Of a stretch of DNA of 64,000 nt, positions 31,581 through 42,096 are shown piece by piece. Position numbers and translations under genes: made by a program. The notes under the pieces are model-generated. The model saw only the letters and a program-made list of their open reading frames with translations, did no database searches and was not told the DNA's origin. This stretch comes from Alphaproteobacteria bacterium (lineage in GTDB: Bacteria > Pseudomonadota > Alphaproteobacteria > MPNO01 > UBA830), in NCBI GenBank assembly GCA_965243135.1, contig OZ251539.1, positions 4,800,001-4,864,000 on the forward strand, read 5' to 3'. Numbering within the stretch: the stretch's first letter is position 1; each line of letters starts with the position of its first letter.

Positions 31581-31793
31581 ATGAAAGACAAGTACGCGAA
31601 GCGTTCGAGGATTCTCGGGCCAAGATCCTGCCGCTACTTTGCCGCCGACCTCACAGCCCTTCAAGCGGCGGCCGTGAGCGGCCTGAACCGCAACACCGCC
31701 ACGGAAAGCGGCGGCATGGCGCTGGAAGCGCGGACTCTGGACGGTTCAAGAAAGAGCTCCTCAGCCGCACCGGAGACGGCAACTCATCCCTGA
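31581..31793 (+). pseudogene. IS1595-family transposase remnant
   Basis: MKDKYAKRSRI..RYFAADLTALQAAAVSGLNRNT resembles IS1595-family N-termini; most of the gene is deleted. Confidence 0.7.
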
Positions 31794-31908
31794 TCCGTAT
31801 AGTGTCACTTTGCGCTTGACATCCGGTCAAAGAAATACCATCATTTACAACAACGGTATCTGCAAGCGATTACGGACGCCGGCATAACTACAGCAAGGAA
31901 ATCGATGA

Positions 31909-32193
31909 ATGAGAATTCTGGACGTGAGACACAAAGGCCTCGAACGCTTGATGGAGGATGATGACCGTTCCGGTCTTCCCGCGCAGTATATAGACAAGAT
32001 CAAGAATATATTGTTCTTTCTGCAGGAGATGACAGTTGAAGACGAACTGCGAACCATCTCTTCGTGGCGGCCGCATATGCTTGGCGGGAACCGGAAGGGG
32101 ACATGGAGCCTTGTCGTCACTCGGAACCGGCGCATTACCTTTCGGGTCGAGGATGGCGACATCGTCGACCTCGACTTCATCGACTACCATTAA
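31909..32193 (+). CDS. higB: HigB-like (RelE/ParE) toxin
   Basis: RHKGL, HML.GNRKGTWSL.V..N.RITF, LDFIDYH. Confidence 0.9.
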   Translation: MRILDVRHKGLERLMEDDDRSGLPAQYIDKIKNILFFLQEMTVEDELRTISSWRPHMLGGNRKGTWSLVVTRNRRITFRVEDGDIVDLDFIDYH

Positions 32194-32268
32194 CGGAGAG
32201 GGGAAGCGACAAGAGACGATGAACGATATCTGCGCTACCATGCTATAAAATGCCAGGGGAGAACAAGC

Positions 32269-32580
32269 ATGTCAGAAGGTTACCGGTTGAAGAATCCACC
32301 CCATCCCGGCGGGTTCGTCCGGACCGAAATCATCGAACCGTTGAAACTTTCCGTGACCGCCGCGGCGAAGGTGCTCGGTATCACCCGAGCCGCCCTGTCG
32401 GCTTTCCTGAACGAGCGTTCGGCGCTTTCGCCGGAGATGGCCTTGCGCATCGAGAAGGCATTTGGCGTAAGCATGGAGACGCTTATGAGGATGCAGGGCA
32501 GCTACGATATCGCCCGGACGCGCCGAATAGAGAGCAAGATCGATGTCGCGCGTTACACGGGCAGTTTGGAGCCGGCCTGA
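32269..32580 (+). CDS. higA: HigA-family antitoxin
   Basis: PPHPG, HTH, LSPEMALRIEKAFG; follows the toxin. Confidence 0.92.
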   Translation: MSEGYRLKNPPHPGGFVRTEIIEPLKLSVTAAAKVLGITRAALSAFLNERSALSPEMALRIEKAFGVSMETLMRMQGSYDIARTRRIESKIDVARYTGSLEPA

Positions 32581-32649
32581 TACCGAAATTCGGCTCCGGT
32601 GCCGCCGCCTCGACAGCCCGGTCACCTGCTTCATGGGGAACTGGCGTCG

Positions 32650-32870
32650 AGGCGGTGTCGGGTCTTCGATGCCGCGAACCGAATCCGGGCATCTATCTCT
32701 TCGAAAAATTCGATGCTGGCGGCGCTTCTCCTGCAAGGCGGAAGAAATCCGCCGAGCGCCGACGGATTCCTGCAGATGATTGAGCGGGACCACTCGCGCA
32801 GCCTCGTCGTCGTGGCGACAAACCGTCCAGATACCGCACTCTTCCGGCGCAGCGACGGCACTCTCCATTG
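32650..32870 (+). pseudogene. AAA+ ATPase remnant (IetA-like)
   Basis: Fragments IYLFEKFDA, EIRR, FLQMIERDHSRSLVVVATNRPDTALFRR; boundaries approximate. Confidence 0.55.
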
Positions 32871-33148
32871 CGATCTGGTCATCGCCATGGGATCCAAGAA
32901 CCTGCGCCTTCGCCTTTCCTTCGCATACCACCGGGTCACGGAGGAACGGCCGGACGATGTTTGTTCGCTGTCGTTTCGGTCATGCGCAATCGCCCCGGCA
33001 TCTTGACTCGCCGGCTAACCCATACTGGTCTCATGATAGAGATTGCCGACCGCCTGCGCTTCACTTGATAGGGGAAGACTACGATGTCTGCGAGGATCGC
33101 GTCCGCCGTCGACGTGACGATCCGGCAATCCGAAGAGGTTCTACAGCG

Positions 33149-33529
33149 TCACTTCGTCGCCTCTATGAGAAACGCGATCAAATCGTCGCGGTCCCTTTCC
33201 TTCTTGAGGCCGACGAAGGTCATCTTGGTTCCCCTGATGTAAGTGCGCGGCTTGGCGAGATACTCCTTCATGATCTCGGGCGTCCAGATCAACCCCTCGA
33301 CGCCGGCCTTTTTCATCGCCTTGGAATACCTGTATTTCGGCATCGTTCCCGCCGCCTTGCCGAAAATGCCGACCAGGCTGGGCCCGATCCGGTGCTTGTC
33401 GGCGACCAGGGTGTGACAGGCCTTGCACTTGTTGAATACCCTTTTGCCTCTCTTGACGTCGGCGGCGTCCGCCGTCGACGCCAGCGCTCCGAACATCGCC
33501 GCAACGACCGCCAGCCTGCCGCTTGTCAT
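33149..33529 (-). CDS. cytochrome c2 family protein
   Basis: Signal peptide, CKACH, GPSLVG, GTKM. Confidence 0.95.
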   Translation of the reverse strand: MTSGRLAVVAAMFGALASTADAADVKRGKRVFNKCKACHTLVADKHRIGPSLVGIFGKAAGTMPKYRYSKAMKKAGVEGLIWTPEIMKEYLAKPRTYIRGTKMTFVGLKKERDRDDLIAFLIEATK

Positions 33530-33591
33530 TCCCCTCGCCGTATCGCTGCCGTCGGGCCGTTCAGGTAGCTCCGTATCGTCGTCGCGTCAAA

Positions 33592-34884
33592 TCACGTTCG
33601 CGACGCCGAACGCGCGGTCCCTTCGCGTCGGCGCGGCGCGGCATCGAACGCTCTTCCTCTGCCGATGACGTCGGCGCCGAAGCGTTCGCGGATGCTGTCC
33701 ACGGCGTCTTCGACCCTCTTGCGGCGGCCCGCATCGGCGAGATCGGGAAGATCGCAAACGTCCGCAGGCTCGAAACCCGACAGTCCGATGCCGAGCAAGC
33801 GGAACCGCCGACCGTCGGCTTCGCGATCAAGAAGCGCGGCGCCGGCCTCGTAGATGACCCCGGCGAGCTGCGTGGGCTCCGCCAGCGTTCGCGACCGCGT
33901 CATGATCGAGAAATCCGCAGTCTTGAGTTTCAGCGTGACGGTTCTGCCGCCGATTTTCTCCTTCTTCAGCCCGGCCGACACCTTCTCGGACAAGCGCCAG
34001 AGCACCCGTTTCAGTTCGGCGGCATCGGAGATATCCGACGCGAAAGTGGTCTCGCTGGAAAGGCTCTTGCGTTCCGACCCCGGTTCGACGCTCCTTTCGT
34101 CGAGGCCGCGCGACAGCTGCGCAAGACGCAGGCCGAGCTTGCCGTAACGGCGGCGGAGATCCTCCGCCGGAAATTCCTGCAACTGGCCGATCGAGGCGAC
34201 GCCATCTCGCGCAAGACGCCGCTGCGTCGCTTCGCCGACGCCCCACACCCGCGAAACCGGAAGATCGCGAAGCACGGTCGCAGCCTCTTCGCGGCCGATG
34301 ACCCGGAAGCCGCGCGGCTTGTCGAGTCCGGACGCCAGCTTGGCGAGAAACTTGTTGCAGCTCAGTCCGATCGAAACCGCGATTCCATGCTTTTCCTCGA
34401 TTCCGGCCGCCAGCCGCGACAGGGTTCGAGCGGCGCTGCCGCCGTGAAGCCTCTCGGTTCCTCCGAGATCCATGAACGCCTCGTCGATCGAGATCGGTTC
34501 GACAAGCGGAGTCGTGTCCCGCATCATCGTGCGGATCTCCAGTCCGACGCGCCTGTATTTCGCCATGTCCGGCTTGATTACGACCGCATCGGGGCAGGCT
34601 CGCAACGCCTTGAACATCGGCATGGCCGAATGAACGCCGTAGCGGCGGGCGACGTAGCAGGCAGCCATGACGACGCCGCGCCTCTGCCCGCCCACCAGCA
34701 CCGGTTTGTCCGTCAATTCGGGATTGTCGCGCTTCTCGACGCTCGCGTAGAACGAATCGCAGCCCAGGTGCGCGACGGACAGCGCGTCGAGTTCAGGGTG
34801 CGACACGACGCGCCGGGATCCGCAGACGGAACAGGCGCCCTCGGCGGCGGACGCATCGCAACAGTCGCGGCATACGGTCGGCAT
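33592..34884 (-). CDS. dinB: DNA polymerase IV (first catalytic Asp appears replaced by Gly)
   Basis: N-terminal CRDC/CSVC, HLGCDSFYASVE, YVARRYGVHSAMP, SIDEAF. Confidence 0.92.
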   Translation of the reverse strand: MPTVCRDCCDASAAEGACSVCGSRRVVSHPELDALSVAHLGCDSFYASVEKRDNPELTDKPVLVGGQRRGVVMAACYVARRYGVHSAMPMFKALRACPDAVVIKPDMAKYRRVGLEIRTMMRDTTPLVEPISIDEAFMDLGGTERLHGGSAARTLSRLAAGIEEKHGIAVSIGLSCNKFLAKLASGLDKPRGFRVIGREEAATVLRDLPVSRVWGVGEATQRRLARDGVASIGQLQEFPAEDLRRRYGKLGLRLAQLSRGLDERSVEPGSERKSLSSETTFASDISDAAELKRVLWRLSEKVSAGLKKEKIGGRTVTLKLKTADFSIMTRSRTLAEPTQLAGVIYEAGAALLDREADGRRFRLLGIGLSGFEPADVCDLPDLADAGRRKRVEDAVDSIRERFGADVIGRGRAFDAAPRRREGTARSASRT

Positions 34885-35086
34885 GGTCCGACTCTGGTGC
34901 CGACCAGCGGAAAGTCAATTCGCAAGAACGGCCCGGCCCGCCGTTCATGTCCGTCGGAGGACGCCGCTACCGGTCGTCCGGCGGCCCGGAAACCCCTCGT
35001 CGCGAGCCGGAACCGCTCTCGGAGCTTGTCCGCGCCGCCCGAACATTGTAGTTCCATGGCCGTCGGACGGAACGGCCGGAAGCGGC

Positions 35087-35812
35087 ATGATAGACAAGAC
35101 TTCGGACAACCTGCGCGACGCGGTTTCGACCGTGCGGGACGGAATGACGGTGCTTATCAGCGGCTTCGGCGAATCCGGCAACCCGACCGAACTCGTGCAC
35201 GCGCTCATCGACCACGGCGCGCGCCACCTTACGGTCGTCAACAACAACGCCGGCAACGGTCACGTGGGACTCGCGGCGCTGCTCGAGGCGGGGCAGGTCA
35301 GCAAGATGATCTGCTCCTTTCCGCGGTCGTCGCATTCGGTGGCGTTCGACGAGTTGTACCGCTCCGGCGGGATCGAACTCGAAGTCGTTCCGCAGGGAAC
35401 GCTCGCGGAGCGCCTGCGCGCGGCCGGCGCCGGAATCGCCGGCTTCTACACGCGGACGACGATCGGGACGCCGCTCGCGGAGGGCAAGGAACGCCGCGAC
35501 TTCGACGGCGTCGAGTGCGTGCTGGAAACCCCGCTTCGCGGCGACGTCGCTCTGGTCAAGGCGGAACTGGCCGACCGCTGGGGCAACCTCACGTATCGTC
35601 TGGCGGCGCGGAATTTCGGGCCGATCATGTGCATGGCGGCGGATACGACGATCGTCCAGGCCCGCCACATCGTTCCGCTCGGCGACGTGCCGCCCGAAAA
35701 CGTCGTCACTCCCGGGATTTTCGTCGACCGCGTGATCGAAGTTTCCGATCCCGCCAGCGAGCGGGCGATGATCGAGCAGGGAATGCGCTACGGACCCGGG
35801 GGTTCGGCGTGA
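35087..35812 (+). CDS. pcaI: 3-oxoacid CoA-transferase subunit A
   Basis: NNNAGNG, CSFPR, PQGTLAER, WGNL.Y, VTPGIFVD; start ATG 35087. Confidence 0.88.
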   Translation: MIDKTSDNLRDAVSTVRDGMTVLISGFGESGNPTELVHALIDHGARHLTVVNNNAGNGHVGLAALLEAGQVSKMICSFPRSSHSVAFDELYRSGGIELEVVPQGTLAERLRAAGAGIAGFYTRTTIGTPLAEGKERRDFDGVECVLETPLRGDVALVKAELADRWGNLTYRLAARNFGPIMCMAADTTIVQARHIVPLGDVPPENVVTPGIFVDRVIEVSDPASERAMIEQGMRYGPGGSA

Positions 35813-36492
35813 CTGCGCGCCTGTCCCGCCGCCAGATCGCTTGGCGGGTCGCCCAGGACATCGGCGACGGCAGTTACGTCAACCTCGGCATCGGCATGCC
35901 GGAACTGGTCGCGAACTCCATCCCCGAAAACCGCGAAATCGTCTTCCACAGCGAAAACGGCATTCTCGGCATGGGTCCCGAACCCGGCGCGAACGCGGCC
36001 GACTACGACCTGATCAACGCCGGCAAAAAGCCGGTCACTCTCCTGCCCGGCGGCGCGTTTTTCCATCACGCCGACTCGTTCGCGATGATCAGAGGCGGTC
36101 ATATCGACATTTGCGTGCTCGGCGCGTTCCAGGTTTCGGCGCGGGGGGATCTGGCGAACTGGTCCACGGGAGGGAAGGATTCGGTACCCGCCGTGGGCGG
36201 CGCGATGGATCTCGCTGTCGGCGCGCGCAGGGTCTTCGTGATGACCGAGCACAACACCCGCAAAGGAGAGTTCAAGCTTGTCGAGAAATGCACGCTGCCG
36301 CTGACCGGCCCCGCGGTCGTGGACGCGATCTACACGGACATTGCCGTTATCGACGTGACCCCCGAGGGATTCAGCGTGCGGGAAAAGATCCCCGACATCG
36401 ACTTCGACGAACTCCAGCGACGGACCGGCGCCCGGCTCCGCGGCGCCGATTCCTGCGGGGATCTGCAGGCGCCTGATTGCGCCGGGACCTGA
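35809..36492 (+). CDS. pcaJ: 3-oxoacid CoA-transferase subunit B
   Basis: GTG start overlapping the pcaI stop; VNLGIGMP, HSENG, GGAMDL. Confidence 0.88.
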   Translation: MTARLSRRQIAWRVAQDIGDGSYVNLGIGMPELVANSIPENREIVFHSENGILGMGPEPGANAADYDLINAGKKPVTLLPGGAFFHHADSFAMIRGGHIDICVLGAFQVSARGDLANWSTGGKDSVPAVGGAMDLAVGARRVFVMTEHNTRKGEFKLVEKCTLPLTGPAVVDAIYTDIAVIDVTPEGFSVREKIPDIDFDELQRRTGARLRGADSCGDLQAPDCAGT

Positions 36493-37008
36493 ACGTCCGT
36501 CGTTGCCGGCGACCGCGGGAAGAACCGTGGTCGCCGAACGCAGACTGTAAGGCCCAGACCGTGTGGTAGTCTTGCAGCGGCCGCCGCTTGGCGGAGAGCC
36601 CGCCGTCAGGCACTGCGAGGCACGGTCGCGAAGTCGACCCGCGTGGGCACTCGCAGCCAAGGCGTGGGGCGCAAGGCTTCTCTCTACCCCGAATTCCGAC
36701 GGGCCGCTCGCCCGAGGACCAGTGCCGGGAATCTCGACGATGGCGACATAACCTCTCGCTCCGAACGACGTTCGATTTTTCGCTCTAAAGGAACGAGAAC
36801 CGCGGAGCGGTCACCGGCTCCGGACGGCGTGACGCCGTTCGGAGAAGCGCCCGCCCGCCTCGACCAGCGCGGAATCGCTGGCGTCGGGGTTTTTCGACGC
36901 CCTCTCGCCTTGGCTCGCGCGACCCTGCGCCTTTCCGAACGCTTGCGAGACGACCGATTTACGGAATTTATGATTGCAAATCGGGAATTGATCTCCATAA
37001 TTGCATTC

Positions 37009-38199
37009 ATGAGAGCTATCCTGCGGCTTCTTGACCAGCGCGTCAAGGAATGCCTGCTGCTGTTTCCCGTCGTCGCCCTTCTCGGGCCGCGCCAGGTCGG
37101 CAAGACAACGCTGGCGCGCGCTATCGCGGACGCCGGTCGCGACGGGCAAAAACCCGGTCTGTATCTCGATTTGGAGAATCCGGTCGATCAGGAAAAGTTG
37201 GCGGATTCCCGCGGATATCTCGGCGCGAAGCGAAACCAGTTGGTGGTGTTGGACGAAATCCATCGGGCGCCGCAGCTGTTTCCGGCGTTGCGCGGCATTG
37301 TTGACGAACGTATCCGGGACGGAGAAACGGCAGAGCAGTTTCTCATTCTCGGCTCGGCCTCGATGGGCTTGTTGAAGCAGTCGGGAGAAAGCCTGGCCGG
37401 GCGAATCGCCTATCTGGAACTTGCTCCGCTCGATATCCGCGAACTTGGCGACCGCGAACTCACGCCCCTGTGGATTCGGGGCGGGTTCCCGCGCGCGTTT
37501 CTCGCTTCCACCGACGCCGACAGCGCGCGCTGGCGCGAGAATTTCATTCGCGCGTACCTGGAGCGCGACATCCCCGCGCTCGGCCCGCGCGTTCCCGCTC
37601 AGACGTTGCGCCGTTTCTGGACCATGCTCGCGCATGCCCAAGGAGGACTCTGGAACGCCGCTACGTTCGCAAGGAGCCTGGCCGTGGACGGCAAGACCGT
37701 AGCGCGTTACGTGGATCTTCTTGTCGATCTTCTTCTCGCGCGCCGACTGCCTCCGTTTCGCGCCAACGTGCGCAAGAGGCTCGTCAAGTCGCCCAAAATC
37801 TACGTGCGCGACAGCGGGATCGTTCATTCCCTGCTGCGCCTTCCTGACGTCGACGGCGTACTGGGCCATCCGGTCGCGGGCGCGAGTTGGGAAGGGTTCG
37901 TTATCGAGACGCTGCTTCGGGCCGCGCCGGAACGCACGCAAGCCAGTTTCTACCGCACGGCCGCCGGAGCCGAAATCGACCTCGTTCTGGAATTGCCGGG
38001 CGACAGGGCCTGGGCGGTGAAAATCAAGCGCGGCCTCGCGCCTTCCGTCGGCAAGGGTTTCCGCGCGGCGCTCGACGACGTGAGGCCGGACAAGGCGTTC
38101 CTCGTTCATGGAGGCGGCGATCGTTACCCCAAAGGCGGCGGCGTCGAAGCGGTCGGGCTGATGGCGCTTGCCCGGGAACTGGAAGCCTGCGCGGTCTGA
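37009..38199 (+). CDS. AAA_14 + DUF4143 ATP-binding protein
   Basis: GPRQVGKTT, LDEIHR, LGSA, ESLAGR, RGGFP, KSPKIYVRDSG, GAEID. Confidence 0.9.
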   Translation: MRAILRLLDQRVKECLLLFPVVALLGPRQVGKTTLARAIADAGRDGQKPGLYLDLENPVDQEKLADSRGYLGAKRNQLVVLDEIHRAPQLFPALRGIVDERIRDGETAEQFLILGSASMGLLKQSGESLAGRIAYLELAPLDIRELGDRELTPLWIRGGFPRAFLASTDADSARWRENFIRAYLERDIPALGPRVPAQTLRRFWTMLAHAQGGLWNAATFARSLAVDGKTVARYVDLLVDLLLARRLPPFRANVRKRLVKSPKIYVRDSGIVHSLLRLPDVDGVLGHPVAGASWEGFVIETLLRAAPERTQASFYRTAAGAEIDLVLELPGDRAWAVKIKRGLAPSVGKGFRAALDDVRPDKAFLVHGGGDRYPKGGGVEAVGLMALARELEACAV

Positions 38200-39423
38200 A
38201 TTGGTTGTCCCGCCGCGCGCGGTTTGCCGGGACGAAGTTCCTGCCGGTCGATTCCCCGGACGCCGCCGTGGTCCGTAACGACGCGGCGAGCCTGCGCTCG
38301 CTTGGCGGGTCGTCGGTCACTCCCGCCGTCGCGCAGGAAAGCAAGACGCGACCATTGCCCAAAGACGAAACCAGGTGCCGCGTCGGCAGAACCTCCGAGG
38401 CTCTCGAACCGGCACGGGGACATCGGTGCCGGACAACTGTTCAGACGGTCTCGAACTCGAACCCGACGATGTTGCGTTCTTCCCGGCCGAACTCGATGCC
38501 GATCAGGTGGACCGGCACGCCCGAACGCCGGTACTTGTCCGCGTAGCCGCGCTCCCGAATCTGCGTCAGCGCCCGCCCTTCCGGCTTCCCGTCCACGACC
38601 TTGAACTCGAACAGATAGACGTTGCCGCCGTAGAGAACCGTCAGGTCCGAGCGGCCGCGCGCCGTGCTCTCCTCCGCGCGGATGTCCATCCCCGCCGCCA
38701 CGAAGTGCGAGTAGAACACGCTCGCATAGTGCGCCTCGTAGCCAGCCATGCCCGTGTTCGCGTACCACTCGTTCGGGATGCTCGCCAAGAATGCTCGGAA
38801 CAGCCGCTCGAGGCCCGCGAAGTCGTTCTCGCGCATCAGGCGGCGCAGCTCCCGGCTCCCCGCCGCGATCGCGACGTCCGGCGCCATCGTCTCCAGCAGG
38901 AGCGCGTTCATGCTGCGCCTCACCTCCTGGTTCGGGTAGTCCAGCCGGTAAAGAAGCGCGTCGTCGTCCAGTTCCTCGCCTACGACGGTCAGGTAGCCGG
39001 TCTGGAACAGCAGCGCCTCGACGGGGATGCGGTCGACGTCGATGGTCGACAGCAACGCGTCGTCCGCGATCATGCCCTCCAGGGTCGGCGCCGCGACCCC
39101 GCGCCGCGACAGAAGGTCGGCGAGGAAGGTCGGCGTGCCGGTCCGGAACCAGTGCGCCTCGAACTGACGGCGCCGGAAAAGCAGCAGGACATCGTACGGG
39201 TTGTAGAGTTTCTCCGCGCCTCGCCAGTTGTAGCCGTTGTACCAGCGGCGGACCTCGTCCCGGTTCAGGCCCTTGAGTTCCGGGGCGAAGACCGCGTCCA
39301 GCTCCGCGTCCGTATAGCCGCAGATGGACGAGAACTCCGGCTCCAGCGTGATGTCGATCAAATTGTTCAGGCCTGAGAACAGGCCCGCATGCGAGAACTT
39401 GCTCACTCCCGTCAGGAAAACGA

Positions 39424-41071
39424 CAGAAATTCCCGCTAAGGTGGCCGCCCTTTGCGAAAGGCGCGTCGAGATAGCGTCGTTACCGAGGGATCAGCCGCCG
39501 CGACGCACCTTCCCCGCTTCGGCTTGGTGCCGACTTAGCCTTGACCATCCTGTTTCCCCTGAAAAACTTGCTTTAGCACATTCGGTCACGGTGCCAGGTC
39601 AGGAGGTGTCGTAGGGAATTCCCTCTGCTTTCCGGTATCCAAACGCGATCATTCGGTAGAGTGTTTCCCAGTCCTTCAAGAAGTATTCGAGAAACAATCC
39701 CCGCGCCTTTTCCCAGAAGTAAATGGGCCGCTTGGCCTTCGTTTGTGCCTGTTGGAACAGTTTGCAACATCGCTGTTGAATCTGGTCAATCAGGAACGCC
39801 AGCATCATCAGGAACGCAAAGACCGTCGACAGATTCTTGTTACCGTGACCGAAGTTGTGCTCAAAGCAGTAGCCTTGGTTCTTCAGGGTGTTGAAAGTTT
39901 CGTTCTCGATCTTCCAGCGCGCCCGCCCGGTGCGCATCAACTCCATCAGGTTCCCTTCGTCAATTGGCAGATCCGTGACCCAGGAGAAACGTTGTTTCTT
40001 ACCGTTTGGGAGCTTCTCCCAGTATTCGAGAAAGTTCACTTTGAGGTCGAAGTGCGTATCGTTCAGAGGCACTCCGTTGAGATACCGGAATTCGTGCCGT
40101 ATGTTGTCACCGTCCGTGAACTCCCGGCGCTCCACGGACGGCGCGTTGTTGACCCACTCGAACAGGAATTTGTGGTCGCCGGGCTTCGCCCCCAGTATGA
40201 AACGCATGTCTAACTCCTTGAGAAGATTGACATGTGGTCCGTTCGAGGCCAGCCCATCTTCCAACACAACTAGCTTCAGGTGCGGGTGTTCACGACGCAC
40301 ATCTTCCAGAAGCCGTTTCGCTGCGTTGCGTTCGCAATCGTTCTTTTTTGCGCCGTCTTCCTTCAGGATCGGTTCCGGTGCAAACGGAAAAACCTCCTTT
40401 TGTTCCGGATGCACCAGAACGGCCCCCAACATCTGGTGGTAGTAGGTAATCGTACCGTCGCGGTGGTGTTTCTCGCAGCAATTTTTACAGTGCACCTTGT
40501 TCGACGAGAAGTATCCCGTTCCATCGATCGAAAGAGCGTAATGCCCGTTCAGACAAGTGTATTGTTCCAACCCCTTGCCTCGTTGCAAAACCTGGAACAT
40601 CTTCGTGAAACAACGCCGCAATTGCCGCGGACAGACTTCGTCAAGCCGTTCGCGCATCGCAGTGTCCGACGGCACGCGCTTGACGCCGTATAAGGTCGCG
40701 AGGTTGTGCCGAACCGCTTCGTCGGCGTGCGCGGCTTCGTCGAATTGCAGAAGCGACGCATACTTCATACCGAACACCGCTAGACCCGACATCAGACAGT
40801 CCGTCTGGTTCAGCCCCCGGCTCGCGATCGGATCTTCAATACGGTCGAAACAAGCTCGCACTTCCTTCAGCAATCCCGGAGCGCTGAGCGTCTTGCGCAT
40901 GCCTGGCATTCTGGCCATTTTGGTACAATCCCGCCTCGCCTTCGGACCACTTTCCAGAGAAAAATGCTCCGCTCGAAGGCAAATAGCCCCGAATCACCTC
41001 GAAAAGTCCACGAAAGACTTTTTTCCGGCCCCATATTTTTCAAGGGTTTCGAGCCTTAGCGGGAATTGCTG
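39424..41071 (-). mobile_element. ISNCY-like insertion sequence, apparently complete
   Basis: TIRs CAGAAATTCCCGCTAAGG / CCTTAGCGGGAATTGCTG; 9-bp TSD GGAAAACGA at 39415-39423 and 41072-41080. Confidence 0.92.
39599..40918 (-). CDS. DDE transposase (ISNCY-like)
   Basis: SIDGTG, KNDCERNAAKR, EDGL, GRARWKIENETFNTLKNQGY; family assignment from recall. Confidence 0.9.
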   Translation of the reverse strand: MARMPGMRKTLSAPGLLKEVRACFDRIEDPIASRGLNQTDCLMSGLAVFGMKYASLLQFDEAAHADEAVRHNLATLYGVKRVPSDTAMRERLDEVCPRQLRRCFTKMFQVLQRGKGLEQYTCLNGHYALSIDGTGYFSSNKVHCKNCCEKHHRDGTITYYHQMLGAVLVHPEQKEVFPFAPEPILKEDGAKKNDCERNAAKRLLEDVRREHPHLKLVVLEDGLASNGPHVNLLKELDMRFILGAKPGDHKFLFEWVNNAPSVERREFTDGDNIRHEFRYLNGVPLNDTHFDLKVNFLEYWEKLPNGKKQRFSWVTDLPIDEGNLMELMRTGRARWKIENETFNTLKNQGYCFEHNFGHGNKNLSTVFAFLMMLAFLIDQIQQRCCKLFQQAQTKAKRPIYFWEKARGLFLEYFLKDWETLYRMIAFGYRKAEGIPYDTS

Positions 41072-41750
41072 GGAAAACGAAACGGATCTGCCTGTCGCAG
41101 GCCTTGATCACCCCGTACAGGCTGCGCAGAAAGTCGCGGTTGGCCAGCGCCAGCTCCCGGTCGCCGAGCGCATCGAGAATCGGCTTGTCGTATTCGTCCA
41201 CCAAAACGACCGTCTGCTGCCCGGTGCGCTCGTGCAGCGTCCTTATCAGGCGCCGGAAACGGACCGCCGCCCCGGCGGGACCCGGTTCGAGGCCGGCCTG
41301 CATCTCCGTCTCTTCCAGCTGCGCTTCCACGGTGCCCCGAACCCCGTCCGGGCCGTCGAAGCGGCCCACGCCGCTGAAATCCAGCCGCACGACCGGGTGG
41401 CGCGCCGACCAGTCCCACCTGCCGTGCACGGCGAGGCCCCGGAACAACTCCTCGCTTCCTTCGAACAGCTCCTGCAGCGTGTCCACCAGCAGGCTCTTGC
41501 CGAACCGGCGCGGACGCGACAGGAAATAGTACTTGCCCCTCTCGACGAGGCGGCGCACATGGTCCGTCTTGTCGACGTAGTAGCAGTCCATCCTCCGGAC
41601 CTCCCGGAGGGAGGTCATCCCGGTCGGAAGCATGCGTTTTTCCATCCGGTTAGAATAGGCTGCCGCAACGGAAGCGGTCAATTAATTTGGTACGCACCTG
41701 TTCAAAATGTTCTTGACAATCACTGGTTACAGCAGCCAGCCCTGTCGTGC

Positions 41751-41834
41751 TTACTGACGCCTGTCCCGCCACGGCTCTCGCCCGGGCGCTCCGGTGCCGG
41801 TCAAGTAATGGATGGCGGCATCAACCGCCCCCAT
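41751..41834 (-). pseudogene. probable VapC/PIN toxin remnant
   Basis: MGAVDAAIHYLTG overlaps the antitoxin 3' end and resembles PIN starts (AVDTN..RYLTG); only 27 codons. Confidence 0.45.
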
Positions 41835-42096
41835 GACGCCGCCGCGCTTCCGCCAGAACCCCGGCCTCCATCTCTGTCAGGGACTTGGGCGCACCGTCGC
41901 GGGCGAGGAGCCCGAATACCTCCTCGGGCCGGGTTTCGGCGAACACGGGCGCGGGTTTCAGCAGCACGCCCTGGGGCGCGCTTTCCACGACCAACCGCGT
42001 TCCTGCCTCCCAGCGCAGCATCCGGCGGATCGCTTTAGGCAGAATGATCTGGCCCCTCGTCGAGACTGTGGCGGTGAGCTTTTCCGGAACCGGCAT
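41821..42096 (-). CDS. AbrB/MazE/SpoVT-family antitoxin
   Basis: ATVSTRGQIILPKAIR..L.W..GT.L. Confidence 0.88.
   Translation of the reverse strand: MPVPEKLTATVSTRGQIILPKAIRRMLRWEAGTRLVVESAPQGVLLKPAPVFAETRPEEVFGLLARDGAPKSLTEMEAGVLAEARRRHGGG

Larger units (their letters stand above)
38441..41645 (-). pseudogene. AAA-family ATPase / PD-(D/E)XK nuclease interrupted by an IS
   Basis: N-part SRPRRFGKS, VDEYDKP; removing the IS and one TSD restores RFVFLTGVSKF; C-part GRSDL..YLFEFK. Confidence 0.92.

Noticed and set aside
35041-35054. GAAC-N6-GTTC upstream of dinB as an SOS box
   Set aside because: Does not match the alphaproteobacterial GTTC-N7-GTTC direct repeat.
33523-36492. 989-aa ORF suggesting a large CoA-transferase fusion
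   Set aside because: Only the last 227 codons (pcaJ) are protein-like; the rest overlaps dinB and pcaI.
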